Positions 61,961-64,000 of a stretch of 64,000 nucleotides of DNA are shown here, one piece after another; position 1 is the first letter of the stretch; every line of letters starts with the position of its first letter. The notes beneath the pieces were generated by a model that saw nothing but the letters and a program-made list of their open reading frames with translations, searched no databases and was not told the origin of the DNA. Position numbers and translations under genes: made by a program. Source of the stretch: Isurus oxyrinchus (lineage: Eukaryota); the NCBI GenBank assembly GCA_026770705.1, contig JANJGN010000036.1, forward strand, positions 2,542,001-2,606,000, given 5' to 3'.

Positions 61961-64000
61961 ATGCTGCTGTGTTGTAGATCAAAGCAATGATCCACAGAGA
62001 GAGATGTGCAGAGAGAGAAAGATGCTGAGAGGCTGAGAGACAACGTGAGATGTAGAGAGAATTAGAGGAGCTGAGGTGGGGGGGGGGAGATTGGAAAGAA
62101 CAGAGTGACAAAGGTTCAGAGAGAGAGATGCAGAGAGATTTGTAGGTAGAGCTAAAAAGGGAAACTTTTCACAATTCAGAGAGGTCGAGATACAAAGGAT
62201 TTGGAGAGATGGGATTTGAAAGAAAGATGTGGGGAAACAGTGAGGATCATGGAGGAGCAGAGATAGAGTCGCAGGAAGAGGTGGAGGGATTGAACTCAAT
62301 GGGATATTGAGTTCAAACTTGACTCAATATTGGGATTTCTGCAGCTCTGTGTCTGAACCTGGATCCCCCGAGTAACATCCCCCTTCCCCAACCTCCTGAC
62401 ACTGAACCCAAGCACAGTGTGAAAATTCCACAAGTCCTTTCTCTGGGAATAGGAATGAGTGACAAAGACACGGATACATTTTTATTATTATTTTTCTCTC
62501 TGGTTTTAGCTCTTGTCCGAGGATTCCTCGCGGCAAATCGATTCCCTCTCTGCATCGTCAATGCCCAGCTTCCAAATCCATTCTCCTTGGGACAGAGAGA
62601 GAGAGAAATGGAAATTAATTAAAACAAAGCAAAGGTTATTGAAACAAAAAAGACAGAGTAAGATCCCAGGGCTCTTCTCACTCACTTACATCCACAATCT
62701 CGGACAGGCCGGTGGACTGGGGGGAGAGGCACCATTTGAAAAACACATCCCCTGTTATTAAACACAGACAATAGGAAGAGATTTAAAACGAGATGAAGGT
62801 GTAAATGCCTCGTGACCACCCGTCTCCCTCTGTGTTAAACCTGCCAGCTCCAGCTGCTTTACTGCCTCATTGTAAAAAACACACAAACACTGATCATTCC
62901 CCCTCACCGTCCCTCTCCCATTCACTGCCCCCACTCCCTCTACCTGCTCACTCCAGGGCTGCTGCTGTTTGGACACAAAATATCCACATTGCACTTTCCA
63001 CTTCTAACACTGTCACCTCTCCCTCTCCCTTTCTCACTCTGTTTCTCTCCCCCTCTCTGTAAATATCCAGCCCACCCCATCCATGCTCATCTTTCCCTCT
63101 CTCTCTCCCACTTGATAATCTGTAGCTACTTCTGTTCTTTTTCCCTTCCTCAGGATTGAACTTGATTGAAAGACAATCTGAAAAGTTTCTGTCTGACCAT
63201 TTGAAATAATGATGCACTGTGGCCATGTTTTATATTTATTGATGATTTACTGAGAGAAATGGGGGGGCGGAAATGAGAATAATCCTCAATCAGCCGGTCA
63301 GTAAACTGAACGCAGGGTGGATAGCCATGGTTGCAGTGCAGGACAGACTGCAGGCCAGACATGCACAGCAAGATCCCACAAGCAAGGTGATGGTAGCCAG
63401 GTATCCTTCCCCCCCTCCCCACCCCCAGAAATGGCTAATCTTCCTCTTTTAAACTGGGGTCAGGTGGGGTGGGGTGGTGGGGAACTGATTGTTTTGCAAA
63501 ATTTTGAAGACTTCAGAGAAAACATTGAGTGGAATTAAACCCCCACTCCCCACCCCGTCTGATTCATCATCTGGCCTTCAACACAGGGAAGATAACAGTA
63601 AATAAACAAAATAAAAATAGCAAGGACAGTGGCACATTTAGACATTCAATTCAAGGAGCTCGAACATTGGACAGTCAATACATTAATGTTTACAAGCGCA
63701 CAGCAGGATCCCACAGACAGCACCACGAGAGACATGGCCACAATGCAGAAACTCCAGATCCTGTGTCTCCCTCATAACCGCCCCTCCTTCCATCTGTTAC
63801 CTCCCCACTCAATATTTCCCTCAATCTATCCTCTTTCCCACCTCTCCCCCTCTCTCTCACTCTCTGTTTCTCACATTCCAGAATATGGAGAGGCAGAGAG
63901 AGAGAGAGAGAAAACCACAGTCAGGGCCTCAATAAACTCTGTTCAAAATGGTTCCTGCACATTTCATTAAAGCCTCAATTCATCGCAGTGTCTAAAACAG

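Noticed and set aside
56175-64000. Possible exons of a neighbouring gene at the right end
   Set aside because: Isolated splice-like sites and short ORFs exist on both strands, but no consistent phase-compatible model or recognisable domain emerges; the long ORFs come from minisatellites.

Overview
Eukaryotic (vertebrate) genomic DNA, most likely a shark or other cartilaginous fish, judged from the repeat content: HE1-like and DeuSINE-like SINEs, CR1-type LINEs, Penelope-derived palindromes and a ~69-bp satellite. The first ~48 kb hold a birth-and-death cluster of non-rearranging, antigen-receptor-like Ig-superfamily genes. Each 'type 1' gene has a leader exon, one exon encoding a V domain already fused to a J-like FGxG strand, one C1-set exon, a stalk-Cys/TM exon, a 59-nt cytoplasmic exon and a terminal exon starting TLYAxL (ITSM/ITIM-like). 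One copy is fully intact by manual splicing (38140-42611, +, 302 aa). One is broken by a single 1-nt frameshift and has no clear leader (8070-12518, +). Three are clear pseudogenes (3905-7204 +, 19220-23640 -, 45639-45952 +). A structurally parallel but distinct 'type 2' V-C1-TM pseudogene (32770-35634, -) lies head-to-head with the intact gene, which suggests a TCR-like two-chain receptor that does not use V(D)J recombination. I found no complete RSS. Beyond ~48 kb the window is mostly repeats, satellite and minisatellite, with no gene I can support. All gene models are hand-spliced and have no transcript or database support.
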